A stretch of 15,183 nt of DNA from Coleofasciculus chthonoplastes F2-STO-03 (GTDB taxonomy: Bacteria; Cyanobacteriota; Cyanobacteriia; Cyanobacteriales; Coleofasciculaceae), in the NCBI GenBank assembly GCA_040222015.1, contig JAVJWO010000186.1, forward strand, positions 1 through 15,183. Direction: 5' to 3'. The translations under genes and the position numbers were made by a program. Under the pieces are notes generated by a model. The model made no database searches. It was not told the DNA's origin and saw only the letters and a program-made list of their open reading frames with translations. This document shows, one piece after another, positions 10,301 to 15,183 of the stretch. Numbering within the stretch: the first letter of the stretch is position 1; each line of letters opens with the position of its first letter.

Positions 10301-10438
10301 CACCAGGATCGGTTGACCCATGCGGTAGCGCAATAGTTGACTTTTTTCCGCCAACTTGGTTAGCGTCGAGGCTTCAAGTTGATTGAAGGGAACGATATCC
10401 GCCAGAAAATCCTGAATCGTTGTCTTTGTGTAGGTCAT
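7388..10438 (-). CDS. hlyB: Type I secretion ABC transporter (HlyB family) with N-terminal cNMP-binding domain and inactive C39-like domain
   Basis: Walker A GQSGSGKS, signature LSGGQRQR, Walker B LLILDE, H-loop ITHRL, ABC TM domain, and an N-terminal cNMP-like fold. The C39-like DGTLACFQM lacks the DCG catalytic Cys. GAGG lies 8 nt before ATG 10438, which is preferred over TTG 10444. Confidence 0.93.
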   Translation of the reverse strand: MTYTKTTIQDFLADIVPFNQLEASTLTKLAEKSQLLRYRMGQPILVRDKMPSQISILYEGKARLLSYEQTTQKPVTLDLLKPGAILGWVSVIRGIPCETAIASTEAVCLTIPTGQFLALMAQEPTATAAFQNQCSVIEAFELIGAELVRQASGIMNLKELAKNAYQDAQVRYLYPMTDATELLTPDRVWFVSGGSVVKDFLVGSRLTPEAISQGLDIQGSTPARIVGFRESDLVGEPETEPPTTPVTVVGEQTPLTTDDDPWLDDNNGNESIPYAPDKPPEATEDVDQTSDQRRKYPHVRGKGLLDGTLACFQMLSKHLEMPFRRDVIRRVLNEQMQRTGGLSLPLCGAVADLIGLHAQLVNVPPQSISRLQTPALVPWYEGFAVLYEAKPRELLLGVPELGIVRRKPADLLDSLPRSEDGQSPEAIPVLLVQRTKHTPQQRFGLQWFLPSLVRYRRVLILVFIASFFVQLFGLANPLMIQVIIDKVIVQNSIDTLHVLGFFLVIIAVFEALLTSFRTYLFVDTTNRIDMHLGSEIIDHLVRLPLRYFEKRPVGELASRINELENIRQFLTGTALTVVLDAVFSVLYIVVMFIYSWVLTIVSLGIIPLFVLLTVIVSPIVRRQLRVKAERNAQTQSYLVEVMSGIQTVKAQNIELRTRWQWQERYARYVSAGFKTVLTSTTAGSASNFLNKLSALLVLWVGAYLVLDGQLTLGQLIAFRIISGYVTSPLLRLAQLWQNFQETALSLERLSDIVDSPQEADEADRLNIPMPAIKGEVEYENLSFRFGTSGPWQLTNINLHFPAGIFVGIVGQSGSGKSTLMKLLPRLYDVDSGRILIDNYDISKVELYSLRRQVGIVPQDSLLFDGTVQDNIALTNPDASAEEIIAAAKVAAAHEFIMGLSSGYNTRVGERGSSLSGGQRQRIAIARTVLQNPRLLILDEATSALDYDTERQVCLNLIEAFKGRTVFFITHRLTTIRNSDIILMMDKGSVVEQGTHGELMALQGRYYCLYQQQDAQL

Positions 10439-10464
10439 GGGCAAGCCTCAGGGAATAGCATTGT

Positions 10465-10490
10465 TCCAGACGTAGCATGCTACGTCTGGA
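10465..10490. repeat. Perfect 26-bp palindrome between the PPIase and ABC transporter genes
   Basis: TCCAGACGTAGCA|TGCTACGTCTGGA; the core resembles the REP-like palindrome at 4749-4776. Confidence 0.85.
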
Positions 10491-10496
10491 CAGGGT

Positions 10497-11234
10497 TTAG
10501 GATTGAACGGGTGTACCTAAGGATATTTGTTGTCGCAGTTGTTCTTTTAACCAGGTGGTAAACATTTCATCTAGGAGTCGCTGACGCATCGGATCATCTA
10601 GTTGCACGGGTAAAAATTTTTCTAAACGAATGACGATAAACCAGTCGCCTAAACGGGTGGGGGGCAAAAGTTGACCCGGTTGGCTAACGGTTAACATTTG
10701 CGCCAAGGTGGGGTGGGGTGTACTCAGTTCAACGGGTCCGACTAATCCGCCTGTTTGCGCCTCTGGTCCTTGGGAATAATCCCTGGCGAGTTCATTAAAT
10801 GACTGTTCTCCTTCTTGGATACGAAAATAGAGTTCTTGGGCAATCGCCGCCTCCTTTGTCCGAATCAGGGAATAAATCACCCGATCTAACCGTCCTTTGC
10901 GCTTGAGGAAATAGGATTCAATCTTATGTCCCCAAGTCGCCTGTTTAAATTTTTCCAGCTTCAGTCCCCGAACCGCTAATTCTTCAACTTGTTCTAAGCT
11001 TAAGTCTTGGCGATCGCGCCACGCTTGACGCTCTTCCTGGGAAGTTAGCTGATTTTTAGTATAGAACTGCTCGGAGGCAGCATTTTTTTCTTCGTCGGTA
11101 CAATCTAGGGTGGCAATGGCTTGATCAATAATGATTTCTCGCAATAACTGAGGGAGTAATTGATATTTGGCTAACAGGGGAATTACTTCTTCAGCCGTGA
11201 TGGTTTGGTCGCCAACCTTTAAAATGGCAGTCAT
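10497..11234 (-). CDS. Parvulin/PpiC-type peptidyl-prolyl cis-trans isomerase associated with T1SS
   Basis: VIYSLIR...ELYFRIQEGEQSFNELARDYSQGPEAQTGGLVGP rotamase motif; lies directly upstream of the ABC transporter in the same orientation. Confidence 0.88.
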   Translation of the reverse strand: MTAILKVGDQTITAEEVIPLLAKYQLLPQLLREIIIDQAIATLDCTDEEKNAASEQFYTKNQLTSQEERQAWRDRQDLSLEQVEELAVRGLKLEKFKQATWGHKIESYFLKRKGRLDRVIYSLIRTKEAAIAQELYFRIQEGEQSFNELARDYSQGPEAQTGGLVGPVELSTPHPTLAQMLTVSQPGQLLPPTRLGDWFIVIRLEKFLPVQLDDPMRQRLLDEMFTTWLKEQLRQQISLGTPVQS

Positions 11235-11488
11235 CGTGGTGAGAAGCCTCTCAAGGTAGTGTTTTCAATAGGTAATGGACTGGGCGATTTCCAAGATAAC
11301 ATCTTGCTTCAACTCAGCGTTATACTCTAGCACCACGATGAATTAAAAGTTTATGAAAGTTAAGATTTTTCCTTGGGGCGAGAATTTTGTTAATTTTTTT
11401 GTGCAACAGTAATAATTCGTCATTTGTCATTGCCCTACTCGTTCCCGAAAAGAAGCAAGCTACGTCCTTAGTAAGGGTTTAAAGCTTG

Positions 11489-12625
11489 TTAACATTTCTT
11501 CGTGCATTGTACAGAATTTAGGGCGACAGCGATACAAGTGTGAATATCGGCATTGGTTTTAATCGCTCCCGGTGTAATATGAGTGGCACAGGCGAAATAT
11601 CCGCGATCGCGCAATGCCTGAATCAGATGCTCTCGTTTGGGGATATCCAAACGCCCTCGGCGTCCAATTTCCGCCAAGGTATAAAAGTAGGGCGGGAAAT
11701 CGGCTTCGGCTTCGGCTTCCATGAGGCTGAGGAGTTGTACCCGTTTTGACCAGTGCCACTTTTCAGCTAATCCCTGCATCTGTCTTAACCAAGATTGATT
11801 ATGCAACAGTCCCAGCCACAGAGGACCACTCAGGGTCAGGGATTTTTGGTCATAAGCACAAACCACACGCCCTAACTGACGCCAGGACACAGTTTGATAA
11901 TTGCCACAGTGATGACAATAACCCAAAAATCCGTAATTTTGCAGCGTCAACGGCTGGGTTTTGACCAAACGTACCATCAGGCGATAGGTTTGACCTGTAA
12001 ACAGGGAGAAAATCGGCTCAATCCCCAAACCCTTGGCGATGGCTTGCTGCTGGAGTTTACCAATCACCACTCGTAATCCTTGTTCCTGGGCGGCGGGATG
12101 GTTGCGGGGATATGCCCCATAAATGCCCAAACTACTTTCTGAAGCATGACCCGTCAGCTTGCGCCCATCGGTACTGGTGAGATAGAGAAGTCCCCCTAGT
12201 TTCAGCGCCCAGAGGCTGGTATCCAGATAGGGGGTAGGGGAACCAAAGCAGTCCACATCGATGAAATCGTAGTAGTCTCGGCGGTTATAGCACTCAAAAA
12301 AGACCTGATTGGCGTCGAGATGGGTAAGGGTGGCTTTATGGCTTGCGATCGCGCCTGCTAAATTTTGCTGTAGAATCGGGTTCAGCTCAGGATTTCCCTC
12401 ATTCACCCATATCCAATCCGCTTCACTCTCCAAATCATAACGTAGAGAACGCACCCCACAGCCACTCATCGCATCAATTACTCGTAAGTGACCGATTTGA
12501 GACTTATAAATTGCTGCAGCTAAAACCCCTAAATCTCGCACCAATTGCGTTCCTGGGCGATAAAACGCATTACCAATTTTAAATGTGGCGTTGCCTTCGG
12601 TATGTTCAGTTAAATTTCGGGTCAT
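11489..12625 (-). CDS. trm1: tRNA (guanine26-N2)-dimethyltransferase, Trm1 family
   Basis: AFY-P...RDLGV, SAM motif VIDAMSGCGVRSLRY, IDVDCFGSP, TSTDG, E-GLR, CHHC, GPLWLG, and C-terminal THI...IKTNA. Confidence 0.88.
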   Translation of the reverse strand: MTRNLTEHTEGNATFKIGNAFYRPGTQLVRDLGVLAAAIYKSQIGHLRVIDAMSGCGVRSLRYDLESEADWIWVNEGNPELNPILQQNLAGAIASHKATLTHLDANQVFFECYNRRDYYDFIDVDCFGSPTPYLDTSLWALKLGGLLYLTSTDGRKLTGHASESSLGIYGAYPRNHPAAQEQGLRVVIGKLQQQAIAKGLGIEPIFSLFTGQTYRLMVRLVKTQPLTLQNYGFLGYCHHCGNYQTVSWRQLGRVVCAYDQKSLTLSGPLWLGLLHNQSWLRQMQGLAEKWHWSKRVQLLSLMEAEAEADFPPYFYTLAEIGRRGRLDIPKREHLIQALRDRGYFACATHITPGAIKTNADIHTCIAVALNSVQCTKKC

Positions 12626-12687
12626 TGTTTGTGCTTTTGAGTCTTAATCACACCCGTGGGAAACAGAAACTTGATCCCGATCAGGTA

Positions 12688-12717
12688 TTGACGCGAGCCA
12701 CAACAGCTTGCTATGGT
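12688..12717 (+). promoter_or_regulatory. Putative sigma70-type promoter for the aroF leader
   Basis: TTGACG (12688-12693), 18-nt spacer, TATGGT (12712-12717) preceded by TGC (extended -10). Inferred TSS is about 12723-12725, roughly 40 nt before leader 1. Confidence 0.6.
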
Positions 12718-12764
12718 ATCCGGTAACAGGCATCTCGTTAACGTTTCATAGAAAGCCCACAGCT

Positions 12765-12821
12765 ATGCTCAACTACAACAACTACTTTTATTTTTGGTTT
12801 ACGGAGGTTCACCGGAGGTGA
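12765..12821 (+). CDS. Aromatic-rich attenuator leader peptide 1 (MLNYNNYFYFWFTEVHRR)
   Basis: ATG 12765 to TGA 12821; six consecutive aromatic codons Y-F-Y-F-W-F (12783-12800) plus an earlier Tyr. Followed by a terminator and upstream of DAHP synthase. SD is weak (AGAAAG). Confidence 0.8.
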   Translation: MLNYNNYFYFWFTEVHRR

Positions 12822-12851
12822 GCAGAGTTCCTCATGGAACCTCCCCCGGTG

Positions 12852-12887
12852 GACCGCAGAGCGAAAGCTGCGGTCTTTTTGTTTTTT
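12852..12887 (+). terminator. Intrinsic terminator of attenuator 1
   Basis: GACCGCAG-(AGCGAAAG)-CTGCGGTC 8-bp stem followed by TTTTTGTTTTTT. Confidence 0.85.
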
Positions 12888-12899
12888 AAGGAGTATCTG

Positions 12900-12968
12900 A
12901 TGACAACCTACCTGAGTAACTTGTTTACCTTATTTTACTTTTTTTGGTTCGGAAGCGGTTCCGGGTAG
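12900..12968 (+). CDS. Aromatic-rich attenuator leader peptide 2 (MTTYLSNLFTLFYFFWFGSGSG)
   Basis: AAGGAG (12888-12893) lies 6 nt before ATG 12900; six consecutive aromatic codons F-Y-F-F-W-F (12933-12950); TAG at 12966-12968. Confidence 0.85.
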   Translation: MTTYLSNLFTLFYFFWFGSGSG

Positions 12969-12993
12969 GTAATGCTGCGTTAAATTTTCTCAG

Positions 12994-13024
12994 AACCCGG
13001 AACCCGCAAGAAACCGGGTTTTTT
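12994..13024 (+). terminator. Intrinsic terminator of attenuator 2
   Basis: AACCCGG (12994-13000) / CCGGGTT (13014-13020) stem with a 13-nt loop, running into TTTTGTTGTT. Confidence 0.75.
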
Positions 13025-13057
13025 GTTGTTCACTCATTGTTTAAAGGAATTAGTCTG

Positions 13058-13900
13058 ATGTTGAATGCTAAACTTGCCACTCAATCTGATCGCCAAACCC
13101 TGGTTCATCTTTCGGATCGTATCACTTTCGGCGGTGAGGAACTGGTGATTATTGCCGGTCCTTGTACGGTTGAGAGTCGATCGCAGATGGAAACGGTTGC
13201 GACTCAATTGCAACGCGCCCCAGTTCAAGGGTTACGCGGCGGTGCTTTCAAACCCCGCACGTCTCCTTACTCGTTCCAAGGTTTAGGGGTAGAGGGATTA
13301 CAGATATTATCCCAAGTGCGATCGCGTCATCAGATTCCCGTGGTGACGGAAGTCATGTCCATTTCCCAAATTGAGTTAGTTGCTGCCCATGCTGATATGC
13401 TTCAGGTGGGCAGTCGTAATATGCAGAACTTTGATTTGCTCAAAGCCTTGGGTGACGTTGATAAACCGATTCTGCTGAAGCGGGGATTAGCGGCGACTCT
13501 AGAAGAATTCGTCATGGCAGCCGAATATATTCTCAGTCATGGGAATTCTCAAGTGGTGCTGTGCGAAAGGGGGATTCGTAGTTTCGATACCTATACCCGG
13601 AATGTCTTAGATTTGGGGGCAGTTGTGGCACTCAAGCAGATGACTTCATTGCCTGTAATTGTAGATCCCTCCCATGCGACGGGCAAACGGGAATTAATTC
13701 CCGCCTTGGCGAAAGCGGCTGTCGCAGTGGGTGCGGATGGATTAATCATTGAGTGTCATCCCGAACCGGAAAAATCCGTATCTGATGCCCGTCAAGCATT
13801 ATCGTTAGACGATATGGTGCAGTTGGTTCACAGCTTACACCCCATCGCCGCCGCCGTCGGGCGAAAAATTCCAGCCAGTTTAGCGGATGTGTCAGCCTGA
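13058..13900 (+). CDS. aroF: 3-deoxy-7-phosphoheptulonate (DAHP) synthase, type I-beta, short form (280 aa)
   Basis: IAGPCTVES, RGGAFKPRTSPYSFQGLG, QVGSRNMQNF, LLKRG, LCERGIR, VDPSHATG, ECHPEP and SDARQ motifs. KPRTS indicates DAHP rather than KDO8P synthase. AAAGGA SD lies before ATG 13058. Confidence 0.93.
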   Translation: MLNAKLATQSDRQTLVHLSDRITFGGEELVIIAGPCTVESRSQMETVATQLQRAPVQGLRGGAFKPRTSPYSFQGLGVEGLQILSQVRSRHQIPVVTEVMSISQIELVAAHADMLQVGSRNMQNFDLLKALGDVDKPILLKRGLAATLEEFVMAAEYILSHGNSQVVLCERGIRSFDTYTRNVLDLGAVVALKQMTSLPVIVDPSHATGKRELIPALAKAAVAVGADGLIIECHPEPEKSVSDARQALSLDDMVQLVHSLHPIAAAVGRKIPASLADVSA

Positions 13901-13942
13901 GGTTTAATTTTAAATTGAGTTTTCGGCTGATGCGATCGCCTT

Positions 13943-13980
13943 ATCCCGGACTTAGAAACAGTTCCGGGATGTTGTTGTTT
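13943..13980 (+). terminator. Putative terminator hairpin after aroF, between convergent genes
   Basis: ATCCCGGA (13943-13950) / TCCGGGAT (13963-13970) stem followed by GTTGTTGTTT. Confidence 0.5.
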
Positions 13981-14057
13981 GTCAGGTCGATTCCCTTGTC
14001 GCTGGTGGTCAAGTAAAATGATGTTATCTTGCCTAATAATGCGAGGTTTCGGGAACA

Positions 14058-14207
14058 CTAAACGGCTTTTCGCGCCAAGAGTATAACCGTTCCGATAACG
14101 AGAAAACCAATTCCCCACCAAAGGGAGTTACCTGGGAAACTCTTGAGCAAGAGGGTTACGATTCCCGAAGTAAGAAGCGACCACCCTATTGTTGTTCGAT
14201 ATTGCAT
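14058..14207 (-). CDS. Unannotated 49-aa two-helix membrane microprotein
   Basis: MQYRTTIGWSLLTSGIVTLLLKSFPGNSLWWGIGFLVIGTVILLARKAV*: two hydrophobic segments around a PGN turn, a basic C-terminus, and GAGG about 15 nt upstream. Shorter than any ORF in the supplied track. Confidence 0.7.
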   Translation of the reverse strand: MQYRTTIGWSLLTSGIVTLLLKSFPGNSLWWGIGFLVIGTVILLARKAV

Positions 14208-14266
14208 GAATTACAACTAAAGCCTCAAAGATGTTTAATGAACAGGGATTTACCCTGAGATACTGC

Positions 14267-14510
14267 TTAGGATAGTCGGGGAATCAGATGACAACCTCCA
14301 TCAAGAGAGATAGGGGGTGCAATTGGGGTAAAAAACCCATCCTCCGGTACTCCGGTAAACTTACCCACGCTGATTACCTGATCCGACGTGCGGAGAATCT
14401 ATCCGAAGGGGGTTGATACTGGGTAGCATAGCCAGGGGTTAGGGAGGGGTTAGGGTCAGTAACCCAATTACCAGGGAGAGAGGAATAAAGAGTAGCAGAG
14501 TAGAATGCAT
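14267..14510 (-). pseudogene. Possible frameshifted remnant of a secreted protein
   Basis: ATG 14510 gives signal-like MHSTLLLFIPLSLVIGLLTLTP, then a stop created by an 11-bp duplication (AGGGGTTAGGG x2, 14434-14455). Removing one copy continues as GYATQYQPP, and a further frame reads ILRTSDQVISVGKFTGVPEDGFFTPIAPPISLDGG. Confidence 0.3.
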
Positions 14511-14543
14511 CGTCGCGATGAGGAAGACTCACCGGGTATATTC

Positions 14544-14728
14544 GGGTCTTCCGTAGTTAGTGTGCTAAATTGTTAGTCTGATTTACCATAATATTGGACA
14601 GCAATAGCTTTAACCATTTTTACCCGAATTTTAATTTGTTTTAAGGCAGTTAAAAGCTACAGTCCTTGTGTGGCAAGCTTCCCAATTCATTAAAACTGAT
14701 AGTTTAGCACACTAAGTCCGGAAGAGCC
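14544..14728. mobile_element. 185-bp MITE / internally deleted IS with ISL3-like terminal inverted repeats
   Basis: Left end GGGTCTTCCGTAGTTAGTGTGCTAAATTGTTAGT vs reverse complement of right end GGCTCTTCCGGACTTAGTGTGCTAAACTATCAGT (28/34 identical). AT-rich non-coding interior. GGCTCTT termini are typical of ISL3. No clean target duplication. Confidence 0.75.
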
Positions 14729-14743
14729 GTAAAACTTAACCAT
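14729..14743 (-). pseudogene. Five-codon stub (MVKFY) of a probable DUF5615/PIN-like toxin gene, truncated by the MITE
   Basis: The ATG overlaps the DUF433 stop (ATGGTTAA) and reads ATG GTT AAG TTT TAC, then enters the MITE terminus. This resembles the M-x-(K/R)-F-Y-x-(D/N)-E-N start of DUF5615 partners. Confidence 0.5.
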
Positions 14744-15035
14744 CCCCATCCTGATCAACCGCCGCGATCACGCGATCGCATTCTTCTGGATGCTGTTTAT
14801 AATATGCCCAAGCCGCCGTCAAGTCGTCTTGCGTCAATGTCGGATAATTTCGCAGAAGTTCCTGATCATCCGCCCATTGCTGGCGAAAAGCCACCAATGT
14901 CCATACGGGGATGCGCGTGTTGTGAATGCACGGGTGTCCACCACATACCCCTGCTGTCACCTGAATTCGCTGGTTACTAAGTTGTTCAAGGAGCAAATGG
15001 CGTTCTTCTGGGGTGAGGGATTCAATAATTTGCAC
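14736..15035 (-). CDS. DUF433 domain protein (putative antitoxin)
   Basis: IQVTAGVCGGHPCIHNTRIPVW...ELLRNYPTLTQDDLTAAWAYY is the DUF433 signature. GTG start is uncertain and the N-terminus may be truncated. Confidence 0.85.
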   Translation of the reverse strand: MQIIESLTPEERHLLLEQLSNQRIQVTAGVCGGHPCIHNTRIPVWTLVAFRQQWADDQELLRNYPTLTQDDLTAAWAYYKQHPEECDRVIAAVDQDGDG

Positions 15036-15183
15036 GCCTTGAACGAAAGTTGAGCGCAGTCCCTATCTAGAATCTTTGATTTAGATGGGGTTAGCGAAAC
15101 AAAATAGCTTGTTAAGTGCCCAATAATACTATACAATAGTATCAGGTACGGCGGCAGTTTGTTAACTTGTTCGGCACGACCTA

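Larger units (their letters stand above)
611..14779. repeat. Dispersed HIP1 octamers GCGATCGC (cyanobacterial signature)
   Basis: Seen at 611, 3044, 3188, 4825, 5229, 5333, 7045, 10134, 11010, 11603, 12345, 13318, 13932 and 14772, far above chance for an 8-mer in 15 kb. Confidence 0.9.

Noticed and set aside
6386..12582. Short alternative-frame and antisense ORFs inside hlyD, hlyB and trm1
   Set aside because: They overlap well-supported genes and have no motifs of their own.
12720..13030. T-box or metabolite riboswitch as the explanation for the aroF leader
   Set aside because: No T-box AGGGTGGNACCGCG consensus with a stem I or recognisable aptamer (GGTGGACCGC at 12848 is only a partial look-alike); the codon-biased uORFs explain the structure better.
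12944..13057. 38-aa N-terminal extension of aroF from the ORF track
   Set aside because: The TTG start lies inside leader 2 without an SD and crosses terminator 2; ATG 13058 has a good SD.
13828..14121. 97-aa minus-strand ORF
   Set aside because: Overlaps the aroF 3' end and the better-supported 49-aa membrane ORF in another frame.
14361..14429. PatS/PatX-like peptide (minus-strand frame ...SPHVGSGNQRG)
   Set aside because: Lacks the RGSGR arginines and is not joined to the signal peptide without a stop; probably coincidental.
14790..15053. 87-aa plus-strand ORF
   Set aside because: Antisense to the DUF433 gene.

Overview
Cyanobacterial chromosomal DNA, with at least 14 HIP1 GCGATCGC octamers and GTAG-type REP-like and STRR-like repeats. 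From left to right it holds a 151-bp tandem array of composite palindromic units running off the left edge, a NACHT/pentapeptide-repeat gene with a degenerate Walker A, an RTX-type Ca2+-binding repeat protein, a small membrane protein, a type I secretion cluster (parvulin PPIase, cNMP/C39-like ABC transporter, HlyD) and trm1. A divergent short type I-beta DAHP synthase (aroF) follows, then an unannotated 49-aa membrane protein, an ISL3-like MITE, and a DUF433 gene whose probable toxin partner is cut off by the MITE. The most striking signal is the aroF 5' leader (12688-13057). It has a sigma70-type promoter followed by two tandem attenuator-like modules. Each has an aromatic-codon-rich leader peptide (MLNYNNYFYFWFTEVHRR; MTTYLSNLFTLFYFFWFGSGSG), a 10-bp antiterminator pairing and an intrinsic terminator. 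This looks like a double Phe/Tyr/Trp-sensing attenuator on an enzyme that appears to lack its allosteric domain. All calls were made by eye; no searches or folding were run.
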